From the human T2T-CHM13v2.0 reference genome, Homo sapiens, in the NCBI RefSeq assembly GCF_009914755.1, contig NC_060939.1: a DNA stretch of 64,000 nt. One strand, given 5' to 3'. Made by a program: the position numbers and the translations under genes. This document shows, piece by piece, positions 59,949 through 64,000 of the stretch. Numbering within the stretch: position 1 is the stretch's first letter; each line of letters begins with the position of its first letter. The notes under the pieces are model-generated. The model ran no database searches. It was not told the DNA's origin and saw nothing but the letters and a program-made list of their open reading frames with translations.

Positions 59949-61266
59949 CAAAGCTTATCTTCTCAATGGCACACAGCAGAAGAGAATGTGATGTTTCCCA
60001 GGAGAGGTGGGAGCCAAGTGCTAGAGGGCTCTGAGTAAGGAGAGGGGGACACATTCGTGGGTCTTGGGGGCTTTTACAACTTTTACTACTTCCCAACATG
60101 TAAGCTGAGTCTTGACAAGGAGCTAGAATTTCAGCCAGTAGAAGTGGGGCAAGAGGGCATTGAGGCTGAGGGAATGGCACGACCATAGGCACGGAGAGGT
60201 AAAATATGGGAAGCATTTGGGGGCTGGCCAGCAGTCCTAGTTGGCAGGCGCTCCAGGTCTTTGGGGCTGGAAGGAGTGGTGGGAAATCAGGCTGAAAAAA
60301 GACAGTGGTGTGAGAGGAGAGTGCAAGGGAGAGCCAGGAGGTTTCAGAGCCGGGGCGAGCCCTGGTCAGAGCTGTGCCTGAAGGGGAGGGCAGGTTGGCA
60401 GGTGAAGAGGCTGTTGTAAGAGCCTGGGCCTGAGGTGGTCTGGCCCGAAGGAGGGCAGGGGTGACATTGGGGATGGAGGAACTGTGGGAGAACACTTCAG
60501 GATGGGACTGCCAGGGCCTGATGAGGGGAAGGGGCCCAATGGAAAGGGGTTGATAAAAGCCCTCCTTCCTGACAAGGCCACAGACTTAGCTGCAGTTTAT
60601 TATTTAGGTCATAAAAGCTCTTGGGATCACTTCTCTACTGCACTCATCACCTCTCTGGGTGGGTAGGCAGCTCCTCTCTGGATAGAACTCTTCCCAGGGT
60701 AGGGTAGCAGAGACCTGGTTTAAACACCTGACCTCCCCTGGCACCCAGCTAGAGGCCTGGCCATCAGCAGGAACTCAGGAGTTTGTGATGGACAGGGAGA
60801 GGACAAGGGGAAAGGTGAGTATGGATGTTATTTCTTCAGAGAAGCATTCCCTGACCTCCAGGTTAGGTTTGAATCAGGTTGCCTGATTTTGCCTTGCCAT
60901 AGCTCCTTGCTCTTTTGCTTCTTGGCGCAACAGTTTTAATGACATGTGTGTGACACTTGATTGAAGCCTGTCTTTCCTACTGGACACTAAGCCCCAGCAC
61001 TTAAAACAGTGCCTGGTGTCTAGTTGACCCTCAGAAATATTTGTTGAGCTAAATAGACAGATTAGTAGTTGCCTGGGATTGAGGACAGGAGCGGGATTGA
61101 CTATAAACGGACACAAGGAACATTTTCATATGCTCAAAAACTGGATTGTGGTGATGGTTGTGCAACTGTTTACATTTACTAAAAATCATCAAACTGTACA
61201 CTTACAGTGAGTAAATGTTACTATATATACATTATACCTCAATAAAGCTGGTAAAAAATAAAATTC

Positions 61267-61538
61267 GGCCAGTCGCAGTGGCTCACTTTGTGAGCCTGGG
61301 GCAAGCAGATCGCTTGAACTCTGGAGTTCCAGACCAGCCTGAGCAACATAGCGAGGCCCCATCTCTACGGAGAAAAAAAAAAAAAAAAAAAAAGAAAAAG
61401 AAAAGAAAAAACAAAGTTGGGCTGGGCTTAGTAATTACTTGATCCCAGGAGGTCGAGGCTTTGTAGTGAACCTGTTCGCGCTACTGCACTCCAGCCTGGG
61501 CGACAGAGTGAGACCCGGTCTCAAAAAAAAAAAAAAAT
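61267..61538 (+). mobile_element. Diverged Alu immediately upstream of the IDH3A island
   Basis: Alu with deletions and an expanded middle A-tract. Confidence 0.85.
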
Positions 61539-61699
61539 CAAAATTTGTGGAATAAGAAAATTATGTGTCTTTCTCCACGGGATTGTAAATTCTATGAGGA
61601 GCGCTATATCCCCAAGATCCTAGAACATTAATCAGCACCTAGTAGGTGTGGAACAAACGTCTTACCTTAACAGCGAGTCAATGAACCAGGGAGGGGAGG

Positions 61700-62520
61700 A
61701 AGAAGCTTTCCCGGAGATGCCGGCCCCTCAGTTTCCGGGTTCGCCTGGCGCTCAGCCAGGCCAGTCACAGAGAGACGAGCCCGGCGATTCGCCAGCGGAA
61801 TGTCCAGGGGCGGGGCAGCGAGCGAGCGCGAAGCAATCCTGAGGCGGTCTAGGGGGCGGGGCGTTCAGGGGGCGTGGCCGTGCAGGGGCGGGCTCCGAGC
61901 GTGGGGTGGGCGCTTGCGCACTGCCGCTGCGGCTGTTGCTGCGGAGCCAGGAGGGGAAGCGATGGCTGGGCCCGCGTGGATCTCCAAGGTGAGCGCTGGC
62001 AGGCCGGCGTGTGGCAGGCAGGCAGGCCGCGAGGGCTGGCAGGAGAGCCGGTCGCGTGCCGGGTGTGGGCGGGCGCGTGGGCCAGACAGGGAGGCGGTGG
62101 CTGCCCGCGGGGACAGCTTGGGAGCCGGTCCTGGTCGCCCGTGCCCCGCGCTCCGTGGCCGGCTCGCAGTGTATGGGCCGCCCCGGGCCGGGTCAGCAGC
62201 GCAGAGGCGGGGACGGCGTCAAGGTCAAGGCGGGGGGGCGCCGGCCCTGCTCCTGCCGAGACCCGGCTGCCGTCACCCGCATCCGCCCAGGCCAGAGCCC
62301 AGGCTTCGCGCCGAGCCCGGGAAGGTCACGGGAGCCTCTGTCCCGGCTCCGCCATCCGGGCCGCTTCCCCGGCTGCGGCCCTGCTGCGGGACTGATCCCC
62401 TCAGCACTGCCCACACCTCTCATCCGCTGTCTGCGCGGCCCTTGGCCGGGGAACCGCAGGTGCCACGGGCACTGGCGTTGAGCTTGGGAGGTTTTCCCAG
62501 GTGAGAGAATCCGGGGGCCC
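61700..62520 (+). promoter_or_regulatory. CpG island / TATA-less IDH3A promoter with Sp1 GC boxes
   Basis: GGGGCGGG boxes near 61807, 61853 and 61885; CpG-rich across exon 1. Confidence 0.9.
61962..61988 (+). CDS. IDH3A: Isocitrate dehydrogenase (NAD+) 3 alpha, coding exon 1 (MAGPAWISK; start of mitochondrial transit peptide); gene continues beyond window
   Basis: GCGATGG start; donor AAG|GTGAGC; peptide matches the IDH3A N-terminus as I recall it; synteny with CIB2. Confidence 0.93.
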
Positions 62521-63851
62521 TTTTCCCTATCAGATTGTTTTCCCTTTGGCGCTCTTCCCAGTCAGACCTCTAGTGCTCTTGTAGCTATTTCCCCTTCATA
62601 GGATAGGGCATCTTACACCTCGGAATTACCGTCTGAACCTTCGGAGAGAGAGACCAGCAGAGCCTTCCTTTTACCTTTCATTGGTGGGAATCCTGCAATC
62701 TGGAGCGCTTTAGCTCTCCTTGACAGCTCAGATGCCAGAGCTGGAAAGGGTTTCAGATCATCTATGCAGTTCCGTAGCTTCTCAGTGGAACTAACCTGTG
62801 CCTGAAGAAGAATTTGCTCAAGGTCACACAGGAGGTCGGTGTCAGAGCAGGGAGAGGAACCTAGGTGTCTTGGTTCCCATTTCCCAAGGTCACATAGCAA
62901 ATGATGGTACAGGCCATCAGGCCTCAAGTCTCCTGTTGCTATGAAAGGGTGGTCCCCTAGAAATCTATAAACAATTTAACGTTTTTCTGTAAGTTTGATA
63001 CTACTTTTCTCCCATTTTTTCGGTTTAAAGAGAGGTCCAGAGATGCACTGTTATTTAAGGAAAAGATCTCTGTACTGGAATTTAGGAGTCTCAGATTTAA
63101 ATCCTAGCAATGCCACTGATTGGCTGTGTGACCCTAAGCAAATTACTAAACATCTCTAAGCCTTAATATGCCCATCTGTGAATATCTATACTTACATCAC
63201 AGAATTGTTTGAGTATTAAATAAAATAATGTATGTGAAAGCACTTGGTATGTACAGAAGGAAAACAAAAATCTGAAGCTTTCTTATCAATATGTTTATCT
63301 GTCTCCAACAGACAGTGGTTTTCATGGGCATCATTAACTGGTTTTTTTGTTCAATAACTAGATTCTACTTTGTCACCCTCTTCAGACCCAGATTTGCTTG
63401 TGATGATAACTCTTATGTCACATTTGCTCCTAAAAGTAAAGCAACTTCTGTGTCACTGTGAAAACTGAACTCAGTCCTTTAATCTCTGAACTTACATTTA
63501 ACACCCAATTCATCTTTGGTAGGTACATTTGCCTTCACAGTGAGGCACTAAAGCAACACTTGATAATGATTGTGCTGGTAAATCTGTTTTGCCTTTAGTG
63601 TGATCTGCATGAAAAAACCCTCATAGTAGGTATTCAGAAAGTGTTGGGTTGTGGAGTCAGAAGATGAGGTTCTCTGACATGCACTCCCTGTGTGACCTTT
63701 GGCAGAGTCATTTGACTTCTGGGCCAGCTTCTCACTTTAGGGATTGGAGCAGAAGGTGGCTCAGAGGCTGACCCCAGGATGGTGGAGGTGCTGAGCTGGA
63801 TGCCGGTTTCAATCAGGACAGTTCCTCTGTTGAGTTTCCATTTCAGATTGT

Positions 63852-64000
63852 GGCCAGGCATGGTGGCTCATGCCTGTAATTCTAGCACTTTGGGAGGCCA
63901 AAGTGGGCGGATCACTTGAGGTCGGGAGTTCAAGACCAGCCTGGCCAACATGGCGAAACCCCATCTCTACTAAAAATACAAAAATTTGCTGGGCGTGGTG
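63852..64000 (+). mobile_element. Alu, truncated by window end
   Basis: GGCCAGGCATGGTGGCTCATGCCTGTAAT. Confidence 0.93.

Noticed and set aside
61800-62504. 234-aa ORF containing MAGPAWISK
   Set aside because: Only 61962-61988 is exon; the rest is GC-rich 5' region and intron read-through

Overview
Human genomic DNA: intron-rich, with about 45 Alu copies plus MIR, L1, L2, MER and MaLR repeats. I recognise it as the chr15q25.1 SH2D7 - CIB2 - IDH3A locus. By hand-splicing at GT-AG sites I rebuilt two complete genes. SH2D7 is on the + strand (6 coding exons, 5142-16071, 1356 nt, 451 aa). CIB2 is on the - strand (6 coding exons, 43781-17866, 564 nt, 187 aa). The first coding exon of IDH3A is also present (+, 61962-61988). 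SH2D7 and CIB2 converge tail-to-tail. CIB2 and IDH3A diverge from two CpG islands about 18 kb apart. Most ORF-track entries are Alu-derived or CpG-island artefacts. I see no demonstrable new multi-gene system. The best unexplained leads are: (1) three phase-compatible antisense exons (63861-58887) giving an open 124-codon frame that crosses the IDH3A promoter and could splice in frame onto CIB2 exon 2; (2) a non-Alu hairpin with 43-bp near-perfect arms at 48052-48181; (3) a THE1 LTR with an intact DUX4 motif, antisense inside CIB2; (4) a tiny poly(A)-tailed retro-insertion. Repeat boundaries and subfamily names come from visual recall and are approximate.
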